Counted from the stretch's first letter, positions 11,329 to 21,039 are shown. The stretch: DNA of 64,000 nt from Escherichia coli (GCF_011045215.1 NZ_CP049201.1), one strand, 5' to 3'. The notes: a model not told the origin generated them from the letters alone. A program made the numbers and translations.

Positions 11329-11353
11329 GCCCGCACATTGCTGCGGGCTTTTT
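11329..11353 (+). terminator. Rho-independent terminator of uspF
   Basis: GCCCGCA-loop-TGCGGGC followed by TTTTT. Confidence 0.8.
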
Positions 11354-11496
11354 GATTCATTTCGCAAATGTGCTGACATTTTCCCCTCTAATCCGTACCA
11401 TACACGCCACAGTTTTTATATCAGATTTCTTATGCTGGGCGTTCCGGCATGACGCATACTCTTCTGATGCCATATAACGAATTGAGTCGCTTTTAA

Positions 11497-11550
11497 ATGT
11501 CGCAAAATCAAGAAATTAGCAAGAAAGAACAATACAATCTGAACAAGTAA
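11497..11550 (+). pseudogene. ttcC: Remnant of the original ttcA 5' end (ttcC-like), displaced by prophage integration
   Basis: ATG...TAA encodes MSQNQEISKKEQYNLNK*, paralogous to the intact ttcA N-terminus [17 protein letters not shown] at 60641; stop lies immediately after the att core. Confidence 0.7.
11532..11546. repeat. attL core (15-bp direct repeat ATACAATCTGAACAA)
   Basis: Identical 15-mer at 60676..60690 inside ttcA; flanking bases show extended imperfect identity. Confidence 0.8.
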
Positions 11551-11643
11551 GGGCAAAAATCACAACCATCTGATGCATAATAGTTTTATTTATTTTTCAA
11601 TGCGTTAATCATTATCAGCAACAACAATAAGCTACGATAATCC

Positions 11644-11697
11644 ACTCTTTTGTTGCCCCATTTTTGCCCCTTTTACAGCATTTTGCCCCATTTTTGC
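11644..11697. promoter_or_regulatory. Repeated TTGCCCCATTTTTGCC motifs; candidate integrase arm-type binding sites
   Basis: Two copies of TGCCCCATTTTTGCC ~100 bp inside attL; a related TTTGCCCCATTT motif sits between int and attR (60601-60620). Confidence 0.4.
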
Positions 11698-11785
11698 CAC
11701 CGAAAAAATTCCAAAACTTCTCAACCTCAGCACGTTCTTGAATATGGCATATGACAATTTCCTTTACGATTTATATGCTGTTATA

Positions 11786-11815
11786 AAAATCCCCAGTTGT
11801 CAGCAACAACTGGGG
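11786..11815 (-). terminator. Rho-independent terminator after the HTH-peptidase gene
   Basis: CCCCAGTTGT-CAGC-AACAACTGGGG hairpin followed by a U-rich tract on the minus strand. Confidence 0.7.
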
Positions 11816-11873
11816 ATTTACTTTTCAGGCCCAAAAGACGTTCACTACGACTCTAGATGTGAGCATTTACGGG

Positions 11874-12980
11874 TCATACTAGTCGGAGCGAAGCCCTTGA
11901 TGGTGTTCTTTTGTTATTTCCGCCACTAATTGCCGCAACTCCATAAAGCAAACTACTCAATTCATCGAGAGGTACGTTAAGCTCATTACTCAAGTGAGCC
12001 AGATAAATGCCGTCTCCAGCCAGAGCAGTCATCATTTTTTCTATAACGAGTGATCTTTCGCGCTCAATTCCCCCCGGCTCACCGGTTCGATACCCCTTTG
12101 CCGTCGCATCACGCATCAAACTATTATACTGCCATTCCGTCAGCATATTTAGATTGCGCATTCTGACAATCAGGGCCATAGCCGAAACTTTCCAGAGTGA
12201 TTTCAATTGCACAATTTTATCAAACGTCGGGACCACCATCTTAACGGCCATCACGTTTTCCTGAGGCATTAGAAATGCAGAAGCAAAAGCATCCGCTTCA
12301 CGCTCAGCATCCTGCCCTTTGACTTCCCCTTGACGATGAAGTACTAGGTGAGCCAATTCATGTGCGGCATCAAAACGGCTGCGTTCACCTGACTTGCGTG
12401 TGTTAAGAAAGATATAAGGAACATCATCTTTCCAGAACGAAAAAGCATCAATACTCGCTGTTTCCTCTGAAAGCCAGAACACCTTAACTCCAAATTTCTC
12501 AAGTAGATGAACAACATTGGTGATACTCTTCTTACCAATCCCCCAAGCCTCGCGTATCGCTTGGGCAGCGACCTCAGGCTCACTTCCACGGAGATTCGGC
12601 AATTGAGGCGAAGGAAGAGTAAAGCGAGCATTAAAATAATCGCTAAGCATAACCCCTAAAGCACCTGCACCAATTGCCGCATGCTGGTCAGCAGCTTTTG
12701 TTGTGCGTAATGAACGAAATGAAACAGTCAATGGATCAATTGTTTCAACATCATCGCCAAAGAAAAAAGCCTCTGGATAATTTAAAGCACTAGCGTATGC
12801 GCGTACCGTCTCTGCCGTGGGTGCATAAAGACAATAATCTTTTTCGTATTCAATTACGATACGACTAGATAACCCGGTTCGCCTCGCCAGTTCTGCCAAG
12901 GTCAGTTTGCGTCTGATCCGCGCTAGCTTTAGTCGAGACGGATTAAAAAGACGTTTGACATCATCAACAGTGTTACTCAT
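11874..12980 (-). CDS. Fused XRE-family HTH / ImmA-IrrE (COG2856-type) zinc metallopeptidase protein; candidate antitoxin or regulator
   Basis: N-terminal HTH (LKLARIRRKLTLAELARRTGLS) and HEXXH motif (HELAHLVLH); ATGA start/stop overlap with upstream gene. Confidence 0.75.
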   Translation of the reverse strand: MSNTVDDVKRLFNPSRLKLARIRRKLTLAELARRTGLSSRIVIEYEKDYCLYAPTAETVRAYASALNYPEAFFFGDDVETIDPLTVSFRSLRTTKAADQHAAIGAGALGVMLSDYFNARFTLPSPQLPNLRGSEPEVAAQAIREAWGIGKKSITNVVHLLEKFGVKVFWLSEETASIDAFSFWKDDVPYIFLNTRKSGERSRFDAAHELAHLVLHRQGEVKGQDAEREADAFASAFLMPQENVMAVKMVVPTFDKIVQLKSLWKVSAMALIVRMRNLNMLTEWQYNSLMRDATAKGYRTGEPGGIERERSLVIEKMMTALAGDGIYLAHLSNELNVPLDELSSLLYGVAAISGGNNKRTPSRASLRLV

Positions 12981-13648
12981 TTGCTTTCAACTGAAATTGA
13001 TATGTCATCATCAAAATCCTGTTCAGGGAAAATATCCGCACCTTCAAATTGCAGAGGAGCTAAAATAATTCGCTCACTCCACGCGCTTACTCTGGCAAAT
13101 CCGTCCTGATTCACCATCCCTACCGGATACGACACCTCACAGCGAATTTCTTTATTTGCCGCATCATAATAATACAGAACGATATAAGTTCGGGTGCTAT
13201 CTATCGGCGTGATCTCAGCTTTGCCTGAATGTAAGGTATCTGCTTGGAACATATCGAATGTACCCGGATTGTTGTGAACAATCGAGCGAGTTGCCTCTCC
13301 CTTTGCATTTTTGGTTTTAGGCAATCCATCAGGACGCCCGGTATGTCCGTCACCTGAGGTAATAATCAGATTAACCCCTTTGCTTGAATTAACGACCATT
13401 TCCATGCGATTGACTACTTCAGAAGACCAGCCGTTACCCTTACCAATCAGAATACGGCGAAGCGCGGCAACCATCTCACTCCAAAAGCGGAATCCAGCAT
13501 CCACTTTAGGGTGGAGCTTACTGGATTTGCGTCGCTCGTATAAAGCAGACATTAACGCATCGCGAATATCATTTTCTGTAAAGCCCAGTTTACTAAGTAC
13601 AAAATCCGAATCAATTCCTGTATGCAGAACACAATGAGGCATATTCAT
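12977..13648 (-). CDS. Hypothetical protein, partner of the HTH-peptidase gene (candidate toxin/effector)
   Basis: Track ORF 12977..13666; ATG at 13648 with GGGAGA upstream; no recognisable motif; translationally coupled to downstream gene. Confidence 0.55.
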   Translation of the reverse strand: MNMPHCVLHTGIDSDFVLSKLGFTENDIRDALMSALYERRKSSKLHPKVDAGFRFWSEMVAALRRILIGKGNGWSSEVVNRMEMVVNSSKGVNLIITSGDGHTGRPDGLPKTKNAKGEATRSIVHNNPGTFDMFQADTLHSGKAEITPIDSTRTYIVLYYYDAANKEIRCEVSYPVGMVNQDGFARVSAWSERIILAPLQFEGADIFPEQDFDDDISISVESK

Positions 13649-13884
13649 GAAAGTTTCTCCCATCACTTTTACTTCATGATTTTATCATAAAATTTATGCA
13701 AAAATCAAGAAGTGACACCCTGCAAGCGATTGTAGACTTTCTCTTGTTTTCTTACGTTCCTGCTCTCCAATTGCGCAATTGATTTCTTCAACAATATGAG
13801 AGTACACATCATAAACCTCCGACTGCAGCCAGCAACCGGAGCCTCATTCTTCAGATACCAGAACAACTCACTGCGACCTATTCG

Positions 13885-14448
13885 TTACTCAACATTAAAT
13901 GCTCGTATCGCATCTAAATCCTCCAGACTACTCAACTCCTCCTTCATCTCCCGCTGACGCTGATAAATCTCGTCATTGCGATCGACCTGCGCCTGAACCA
14001 TTGCAGTAAGTAGCTCATCCAGTTGTTGCATTGACAACTTTACCTGCTGATTTTCCGCATCACCCCATACCATGTTTTTCCGTGCCGTGACTGATTTTGC
14101 TGATATCACCACCGGGTAAAGACGGGCCATCGAATCCGGTCCCCCGTTCCAGCTATGACCGTTCCATTCAAAAATGAATGGCTGCGCCTCCTGCTCTGTA
14201 CGCCATGCTTCAATTTCCCGGCGTTTGGCTGCTTTTGCTGCTTCCAGCATCTCTGGCGTGACGGTGAACGGCGTTATTTCTCCCCACTTGCCGCTTTGCA
14301 GTTCCTGCCAGACTCGCTGCCCTGTCTCTGCTGTATCCGTGGCAGTTGCCGTATACGGAACCGGTTCATCCATGCCATCAAACAACACCCCGCAGTCAAT
14401 CGCGCCATTTTCAAGATAACGCGCATTTTCGATGCGTTTTATTTCCAT
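13885..14448 (-). CDS. Tail fibre assembly protein (Tfa-like chaperone)
   Basis: Begins MEIKRIENARYLENG...; directly downstream of the Stf-like fibre gene. Confidence 0.75.
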   Translation of the reverse strand: MEIKRIENARYLENGAIDCGVLFDGMDEPVPYTATATDTAETGQRVWQELQSGKWGEITPFTVTPEMLEAAKAAKRREIEAWRTEQEAQPFIFEWNGHSWNGGPDSMARLYPVVISAKSVTARKNMVWGDAENQQVKLSMQQLDELLTAMVQAQVDRNDEIYQRQREMKEELSSLEDLDAIRAFNVE

Positions 14449-14455
14449 AAAACAC

Positions 14456-15880
14456 CTACGCAATACGTATGAACAAACCAATCATGACACTGGCTGACCC
14501 GGCAGACCCGAGTTCATCGCCTGACAGTGCACGATATGACCCCGGCATACCACCACCAGAACCCCGCACATATACGGAAACGCTGCCGTTATATCCAACC
14601 CCGCTACCGGTCGTGCCGTGACACATAAATTCAACCGCGCTCAGACGTGACCCCGGATAGCTGTACCCGCGTTTTATCCGGCGGTCGGTGTCTGCGTCTC
14701 CCTCACCGTTACAGGCCGCCAGTACAAGACTGCCTGTACCGTACCAGCCGTCCGTGGTACCGGGAGCAATACCGGACAGAAGAGAGATAATGTCCTGTGA
14801 GGTCATCTTCAGATTTTCCCAGCCAGTCAGATAACCATTACCTGTTGTCCAGTAGCGGCTGTAATAAACATCGCCATTAATACCGTAGAAAATAATGGCC
14901 TTTGCTGTATATCGCGGCTCCGGTGGATTATTGCGTGCCTCAACCCACCGGATTCTGACCACCCCGTTAAACAACACACCTCCGGATATGATTTTACTGC
15001 CACCCTCAACAAAATATTCACCCGGCGTCGCATTCCTTACCCATGCCAGAAAATCATCCTCTGTGTTAAAACGGATACGCTCTGCGGGCAAAAAAATATG
15101 CCCAAAACCAAATGCGCCAGGTGTCGCCAGACGACCTTCAGTCCGGTCACGAATGTCGCTCTGTGGCATCATTGTGGCAGCGCTTTTCAGTCCAAGATTA
15201 TCACGGGATTCCTGCTGAGCCTCTTCACCTTCATCAGCCAGCTCTGACAGGCGATTCGCCGTTTTCAGTGTCGCAGATAACGCAGTATCAATATCTGCTC
15301 TGGCCTGCTCTGCACCGGATGCGGCCTGTTTAGCAGCTTCAGCGTCCTTTTTTACCTCTGCGGCGGCATTCTCAACCTGCGAGGCCAGATTTTCGGCCTG
15401 TTGTTTACCCTCCGCAACAGCGTCGGCGTTCTGCTGAACACCTTCCGCCAGTTTTTTTACCTCTTCTTTTGCCCGGGCGGCAGCATCTGCATGTTGCCCT
15501 GCCTGTCGTTCGCTTTCTGTTGCGGTTTCGGCACCCTGCTGCGCCTGCGCCACCATTTCCTCAAATCGTTTCACCACGTCGGGTTTGAGGTCGCCTTCAT
15601 CCAGGGCAGTCAGAAAATCGTTCAGCGTGCCGGGCTTTGAGTCGTCGTATACAGCAATATCGCCAACACAGTACTCGTCGCGCCAGCCCTGTTTCAGATA
15701 TACGCAATATTTTCCGGTCTGCGCCTCAAAACAGTACTCGCCACAGTTTCCTGTCACCACGTCGGCAACTGTGCGCATCACCACCTCTGAGGTGTTTACC
15801 CGGGATTTCAGAATAATGTGGCATCCGGACATGGAGATACCTGCGCCATCAATCAGCGCACCTGATATCACTACAGACAT
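14456..15880 (-). CDS. Side tail fibre protein, lambda Stf-like
   Basis: N-terminus ISGALIDGAGISMSGCHIILKSRVNTSEVV...YDDSKPGTLNDFL resembles lambda Stf; Ala/Glu-rich coiled-coil centre. Confidence 0.8.
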   Translation of the reverse strand: MSVVISGALIDGAGISMSGCHIILKSRVNTSEVVMRTVADVVTGNCGEYCFEAQTGKYCVYLKQGWRDEYCVGDIAVYDDSKPGTLNDFLTALDEGDLKPDVVKRFEEMVAQAQQGAETATESERQAGQHADAAARAKEEVKKLAEGVQQNADAVAEGKQQAENLASQVENAAAEVKKDAEAAKQAASGAEQARADIDTALSATLKTANRLSELADEGEEAQQESRDNLGLKSAATMMPQSDIRDRTEGRLATPGAFGFGHIFLPAERIRFNTEDDFLAWVRNATPGEYFVEGGSKIISGGVLFNGVVRIRWVEARNNPPEPRYTAKAIIFYGINGDVYYSRYWTTGNGYLTGWENLKMTSQDIISLLSGIAPGTTDGWYGTGSLVLAACNGEGDADTDRRIKRGYSYPGSRLSAVEFMCHGTTGSGVGYNGSVSVYVRGSGGGMPGSYRALSGDELGSAGSASVMIGLFIRIA

Positions 15881-15903
15881 AGTTTTTCTCGCGATAAATT
15901 AAA

Positions 15904-16449
15904 TCAGGAAGAGGCTTCCGGAGAGACGGGCCATTCAATGGCGTTATATGAGGCTTTATCAGTGACGGTGCTGAAATCCATCGCCTGCAGCGATTTCGCG
16001 TAAATGCGGTACGCTTTCAGCTTTTCCCTGTCTTCGTCGCTGATTAATCCCAGCAGCAGGTCTTTTTCCCATTCGCTGGTCATGATGCTGGCCTGTTGTA
16101 ACAGGGCATCGCGTTCATCTTCTGCTTTAAGTTTGTAGTCGAAAACAAATTCATCATTGCGGTAAAACCAGTAACCAGGCACGGTAATACGGCGATTAGC
16201 GGTAATATCAGGAACTTCAATAACACTGGCGTTACGGGGTTCAATACCTGTCACATCCTTACCGACCCACACCACGCGTCCGTCTCCGGTGTAAACCATT
16301 TTTATGGTGTCACTGGCAAAGTTCTTCTGTTCTTCATACCAGTTTTTGCCGTCTTCCGAAAAAAGCCAGGTGACATCATACTGTTTTGTCAGCTGATATT
16401 GTTCCGCGGTTTTCGGATTACCCGCAGTAATATTTTTTAAATGCAACAT
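15904..16449 (-). CDS. Tail fibre assembly protein (second chaperone)
   Basis: 181-aa ORF directly downstream of a fibre gene; Tfa-like size and position. Confidence 0.65.
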   Translation of the reverse strand: MLHLKNITAGNPKTAEQYQLTKQYDVTWLFSEDGKNWYEEQKNFASDTIKMVYTGDGRVVWVGKDVTGIEPRNASVIEVPDITANRRITVPGYWFYRNDEFVFDYKLKAEDERDALLQQASIMTSEWEKDLLLGLISDEDREKLKAYRIYAKSLQAMDFSTVTDKASYNAIEWPVSPEASS

Positions 16450-16451
16450 TG

Positions 16452-18005
16452 TTAAACACTCGCCACGTTATACCAGGTGCCGTTAATCAGTTTCTGAAGC
16501 GGTCGGTAATACACGCCGCCGATGTTATCTGCTGAATTTTTTCCGGTATCCTGCACATTAATACCGGATAATCCGTGGCCTGAAGGTGAGCGAAATGTCC
16601 AGGATTTTTCGTTACCTCCCGGGTTATAAAACATTTCGGAGCCATAACGCACATCCTGCACGCCGCCATTTCGCTGCTGGTAACGGGCATCGAAATTTCC
16701 ATAGTTTGATGGAACCATCTGTCCGTTTACAGCGAATGTGATACTGCCATCGGTATTTCTCTGGCTGTAGAAATGCCAGCCGGAATCATCACCAAGCTCT
16801 GCAACTACAGGTCGGGATGAATTACCCCATAAATTAAACGTTGCATTTTTCGTGGAGTTGTTGGCGCTGGATAACGTGAATTTTTTAGCATTTCCGGCCT
16901 GAATATTTTTTAACGCTATCGCCACACCATTCTGGAAACGAAATACATGCTGTCCATTCGCATAAACATCCAGAATGCCGTCGCCGTTTTGTTTTATACC
17001 TGTATCGTTATCCCCGAAAGCAATTGAGTTTCCGCCCAGCGCGTTCTGAACGCCGATACCCAGCGCACCATTGACCTGCGAACCACCGCCAACAGACACT
17101 TTATGCGACATGGATATTTCACCAGTCCGCAGATTAATAGTGAACGGGCGAAGTGGACCAATATCGCCATTCTCGCCCTGACCTTCACTGGTAGGGATAA
17201 GGTGCAGGCACTCTTCCGAACGACGAAAAATAAGGCCAAAAGCGTCGTTGAAAATCCTCAGCGCATTAACACCACGGATTTTCAGCTCCCCGGTCATCAA
17301 ATCACCAGATTTTTTTACATATCGCAGATCAAAATCTGAATAGATATTGCTGGGGTTTATCACGCTGAAATAGCTTTTCTCGCTATCAAGAAGGCAAATC
17401 AAAGGAATACCCTTAATGATATCATTCGCTACCAGCTCGGACTTGTTCCCCTTATAAAGTGGGAACGTACCAAGAACCTTTCCGCCTAGTGTTAGTTGAA
17501 GTGTCGCCGCGTTGGTATTGTTCTGAACGGGGAAGACGATAATCGGGGTTCGTAGCGTCCAATCTGTACCCTCATTAACAAAAAACGTCGAGGGAAGTTC
17601 CAGCGCCAGTGTGTTTGCAGTGCCACCAGCAACACCCGCAATATAATGACCGCTCTGAAGCTGCGCTATCTGTACGAAATAGTTTTCCGATCCACGCGTG
17701 GCAAAGTTAGCCACTACGTCATTAAGGGACCAACCTTTCGCGGTTGTTCCTTCCTGCCCACGAATGACTTTCAGCACGTCACCGTTTACCGATACCAGGT
17801 GACAAATCTCAAATGCAGACTCTTTATTATCGGTAAGCGTAATTTTTGCATAGACGCGTTGCCCGTTCGATTTATTTTCAAAATCGGCAGAAAGCAATTT
17901 TGCAAATTTAGCTCCCGTGCCCGGCATCACCGGAATATCAGTCTGAATCGTCGTAATATCACCAGCCAGTGCTGAAACAACGTTATTGCCGAATCCAAGA
18001 ATCAT
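16452..18005 (-). CDS. Tail fibre protein (baseplate-proximal)
   Basis: 517-aa Gly/Asn/Ser-rich ORF following the baseplate genes; typical fibre position. Confidence 0.7.
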   Translation of the reverse strand: MILGFGNNVVSALAGDITTIQTDIPVMPGTGAKFAKLLSADFENKSNGQRVYAKITLTDNKESAFEICHLVSVNGDVLKVIRGQEGTTAKGWSLNDVVANFATRGSENYFVQIAQLQSGHYIAGVAGGTANTLALELPSTFFVNEGTDWTLRTPIIVFPVQNNTNAATLQLTLGGKVLGTFPLYKGNKSELVANDIIKGIPLICLLDSEKSYFSVINPSNIYSDFDLRYVKKSGDLMTGELKIRGVNALRIFNDAFGLIFRRSEECLHLIPTSEGQGENGDIGPLRPFTINLRTGEISMSHKVSVGGGSQVNGALGIGVQNALGGNSIAFGDNDTGIKQNGDGILDVYANGQHVFRFQNGVAIALKNIQAGNAKKFTLSSANNSTKNATFNLWGNSSRPVVAELGDDSGWHFYSQRNTDGSITFAVNGQMVPSNYGNFDARYQQRNGGVQDVRYGSEMFYNPGGNEKSWTFRSPSGHGLSGINVQDTGKNSADNIGGVYYRPLQKLINGTWYNVASV

Positions 18006-18628
18006 TTTTGAATCACCGTTGTTGCATAGGAATAAATAAAAGGGAGTTTTACATATTTCTGGTCAATGGCATCTTTCAGAAAATAGCCTATACCATCACC
18101 ATATTCTGGTATCTGAATAGAAAAAACACTGTCCGATACAGTCACGCTCACATCAAAAGTGTGCTGCAACGGCGGGTCTATTCCGTTTTTTCCATGAATA
18201 AAGCGCGCCACACGGCGCTTTAACCAGTCAATGCAGAAATGCGAACCGTCAGCCTTGTAAAAATTCCACGTTAATATTCGTTTGAAATAATCATCCGGAA
18301 CATACGATGCCTGCCCCGGAACATAATTCCGCATTGCCGCATAAGGGATTGTATTGTATTCAATGGTATCGTATGCGCCGCGTGCAATAGCCTCCTCGGA
18401 AACCTGTAGTAAAGGCCTTTCAACGCCATAAATCCCGAGAGCAATCCAGTCCAGCAATTGCCCGGTTATTGATTCCGATGTCCAGCATGGCAATGCCAGA
18501 TTGTTGAGTGAATCGAGGTATTCCTGAGCAATTTCATTGTATGCATCAAAGAACGCAACAACATTCGGATCATCTCTGTACTGCACAAACGGATAAGCAG
18601 GGAGAATTTTTTCAGTCAGATATTGCAT
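18002..18628 (-). CDS. Tail/baseplate protein (Mu gp48-like position)
   Basis: Track ORF 18002..18736; internal ATG at 18628 (MQYLTEKILPAY...); sits between the J-like gene and the tail fibre. Confidence 0.5.
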   Translation of the reverse strand: MQYLTEKILPAYPFVQYRDDPNVVAFFDAYNEIAQEYLDSLNNLALPCWTSESITGQLLDWIALGIYGVERPLLQVSEEAIARGAYDTIEYNTIPYAAMRNYVPGQASYVPDDYFKRILTWNFYKADGSHFCIDWLKRRVARFIHGKNGIDPPLQHTFDVSVTVSDSVFSIQIPEYGDGIGYFLKDAIDQKYVKLPFIYSYATTVIQK

Positions 18629-19838
18629 ACTTGTTAACTTGAACCTGTGATGCCACCGTCGAAAAATAGGAATAGGTATCGCCATAAACCAGGCTTGTGT
18701 CTTTTGCCGGAGGAACAATATGGCCATTAATGCCAATGCTCACACTGATTGTTGAGATCAACGTCGCATCAACCAACAATCTGACGGAACTGGTAAAAAT
18801 ATCCTGGATTCGCAGCAGATTTATCGGGTGTCCGACTTCAATAGAATTGATGTAATCAGCAACGTTTTGCTGCACAGCCATAGCAATACCCGCCGGATCA
18901 ACATAATCATCAGATACAGTGTTCCAGGTGATTAGCACCATGACGTTTTGTGATGACGGGATAACGAACGGCACCTGATAAACATCTGGCGAAACGGTTA
19001 TTGAAACCGTGCGTTTTTCCACTGCCGCACCAGATGGATTGCTAACATCGTTGGTCAGTTTCGAAATATCCGGTACAGATTTGTAAATAGCATAAGCCAC
19101 ATCATACGGATCACCGCCACCAACAACCGCAACCCATTTCCCCAGCGACGACTGCCGGAAAGAAATCAGGTTTTCTCGCACACCGCTTACTGATTTGAGC
19201 ATCGCTTTAAAGCAATCCGGTGTTCCCTGCACACCAAACATGCCGGACTCCATGACTTCGGCGCGGTAAGATGCCCACGTTTGCGCCTCCTGACCTGGCA
19301 TCCCTGCGGTAAGGTTCGTGCATTTTACAGGCTGATCTTTGGGTACCGATGTAATGACCTGCGTTACGGTTCCTTCCGGTACAGCCCATGAGCCTGACGT
19401 TGTGGCCACACAGTAGACTGGCTCAGTCTGCCCGCTTTCCGGCACCACCGTATCGCGGGAAACTGCATACTGGTAGTTGCCGTCACCGACAACAAATCCT
19501 TTAGGGATACCAAACCCCGGCAACGCCTCAAACACCACGTATACCGCCGTATTTGTACTTAATCCCTTCTGTGCTCCATAAATGTTTCCGAGTTGCATCA
19601 ATAACGGAATATTTGCGCCGTATGGGCTTACGGAGTTAATAAGGTCCACCCGCGCCTGGTCTATTAATGCCAGCGCCCCGACTGCCGTGCTGGCAAGGTC
19701 AGTAATAAGCCCCGCCGGAAGGTTGGCTGTATATCCAGGTACTTTTTCAGCAACTCTGATGATAAGATCTGCAAGCAAATCATTGGGTGGCGTAGGCTGC
19801 GCCCCCGCACTGGTCATAGTAATTGGTATTTCTGACAT
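18612..19838 (-). CDS. Baseplate J-like protein
   Basis: 408-aa ORF in baseplate context; assignment by position and size only. Confidence 0.5.
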   Translation of the reverse strand: MSEIPITMTSAGAQPTPPNDLLADLIIRVAEKVPGYTANLPAGLITDLASTAVGALALIDQARVDLINSVSPYGANIPLLMQLGNIYGAQKGLSTNTAVYVVFEALPGFGIPKGFVVGDGNYQYAVSRDTVVPESGQTEPVYCVATTSGSWAVPEGTVTQVITSVPKDQPVKCTNLTAGMPGQEAQTWASYRAEVMESGMFGVQGTPDCFKAMLKSVSGVRENLISFRQSSLGKWVAVVGGGDPYDVAYAIYKSVPDISKLTNDVSNPSGAAVEKRTVSITVSPDVYQVPFVIPSSQNVMVLITWNTVSDDYVDPAGIAMAVQQNVADYINSIEVGHPINLLRIQDIFTSSVRLLVDATLISTISVSIGINGHIVPPAKDTSLVYGDTYSYFSTVASQVQVNKYAISD

Positions 19839-19850
19839 ATTTACTCCATT

Positions 19851-19876
19851 AAAAAACCCGCTTTCGCGGGTTTTTT
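19851..19876 (-). terminator. Hairpin terminator (bidirectional form) right after the cargo nuclease gene, inside the tail operon
   Basis: AAAAAA-CCCGC-TTTC-GCGGG-TTTTTT. Confidence 0.75.
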
Positions 19877-19878
19877 AC

Positions 19879-21039
19879 TTATTCAACCTCTTCTAAACTG
19901 CTCACTCTGGACCCTCGGCGGAAATTATCATCATTTTTAACATACTCGTATGAATCCAGAATCAAACCAGATATGCGAAGTATATCTTCCGGATTAGTTA
20001 TATGTATCCTTTTACCATCCGTATCAAGTCGAGCTCGTCTTATTTCATTCAACTGAACTTCACTAAGCGAAATAGGTAAAGTTATAAATGAAGATTTTTT
20101 ATCATAAAATCTTAACAGCCATCTATTTGTTTTACCATTCAATAGTACACCGAAATATGACTCAGTATCTTTATATTCTATATTATCTTCTGTTTGTATG
20201 ATTTGTTTTACCCTTTCAAATAGCTCCAATTCTTTGGCTGTGGTTATTATGTTGGGGTTTTCTTCATCAACAATGGCGTTATTAACTTGTGTATCCGTTG
20301 CATCATTTTCTTTAGTTTGCTCTACCGGTTGTGTAGATAGCCCGGAAACCACCATTGCGCTAACAGCGCGCTCAACGGCCTGTTTAACTAATGGAGTCAC
20401 GAACTCAAGAAATCTCTGATTAAGTTGTCTCTCAATATTTGAACGACTAGCAACATATCGAACAAACTCCAGATCAACTTCACGAAGACTAGAACTGATT
20501 GTTTTAGTAAATGAATTCAAATAAACACTTTCTTCAGCCAGTGTCCGTAAAGCCTCTGGTTTGAATTTATCATAACGAAAACGAAATAATTGTGTAATAT
20601 CGGAGTGAGTTAGAGAATCCATTCTTAATTTTAAAAACGGCGTTGAATCCATTATGTTTTTTTGTTTCAAATCCGTAAAAAAACGCCATTCAACACCATT
20701 TGTAATGGCTGATATAGTAACTTCCGGTGTTGAATTAAAATATCTTGATAGCTGTGGGCAGTGATTATCAATTTGTTCTGAAAACGATTTCGCCTCAATG
20801 AACATCACAGGAACATCATGACAAAATAAAGCGTAATCAACCCGTTCATTAGCCTTAACCCCGGGGAAGTCAGCACTATACTCAGCTTTGACTTTTCTTG
20901 GATCATACGGAGTAAAACCAAGAATATCTAGTAATGGCATAATGAGTGCTTGTTTTGTCGTTTCTTCAGTTGTACAAAACACCCCCATTTTTGCAACATG
21001 CTCTGTGTGTATTTTTAACTTATTTGCAAAATTTTCCAT
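19879..21039 (-). CDS. PD-(D/E)xK nuclease-fold protein (HsdR-N/Mrr-like N-terminal domain) with unknown C-terminal domain; cargo gene
   Basis: Track ORF 19879..21054; ATG at 21039 with GGAGGAGA upstream; motif ...VDYALFCHDVPVMFIEAK... (D...E-x-K); own AT-rich upstream region and own terminator. Confidence 0.7.
   Translation of the reverse strand: MENFANKLKIHTEHVAKMGVFCTTEETTKQALIMPLLDILGFTPYDPRKVKAEYSADFPGVKANERVDYALFCHDVPVMFIEAKSFSEQIDNHCPQLSRYFNSTPEVTISAITNGVEWRFFTDLKQKNIMDSTPFLKLRMDSLTHSDITQLFRFRYDKFKPEALRTLAEESVYLNSFTKTISSSLREVDLEFVRYVASRSNIERQLNQRFLEFVTPLVKQAVERAVSAMVVSGLSTQPVEQTKENDATDTQVNNAIVDEENPNIITTAKELELFERVKQIIQTEDNIEYKDTESYFGVLLNGKTNRWLLRFYDKKSSFITLPISLSEVQLNEIRRARLDTDGKRIHITNPEDILRISGLILDSYEYVKNDDNFRRGSRVSSLEEVE

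Noticed and set aside
13885-18005. Invertible host-range segment (Gin/Pin-type) controlling the tail fibres
   Set aside because: Both fibre/chaperone pairs are co-directional and complete; no invertase gene or flanking inverted repeats seen.
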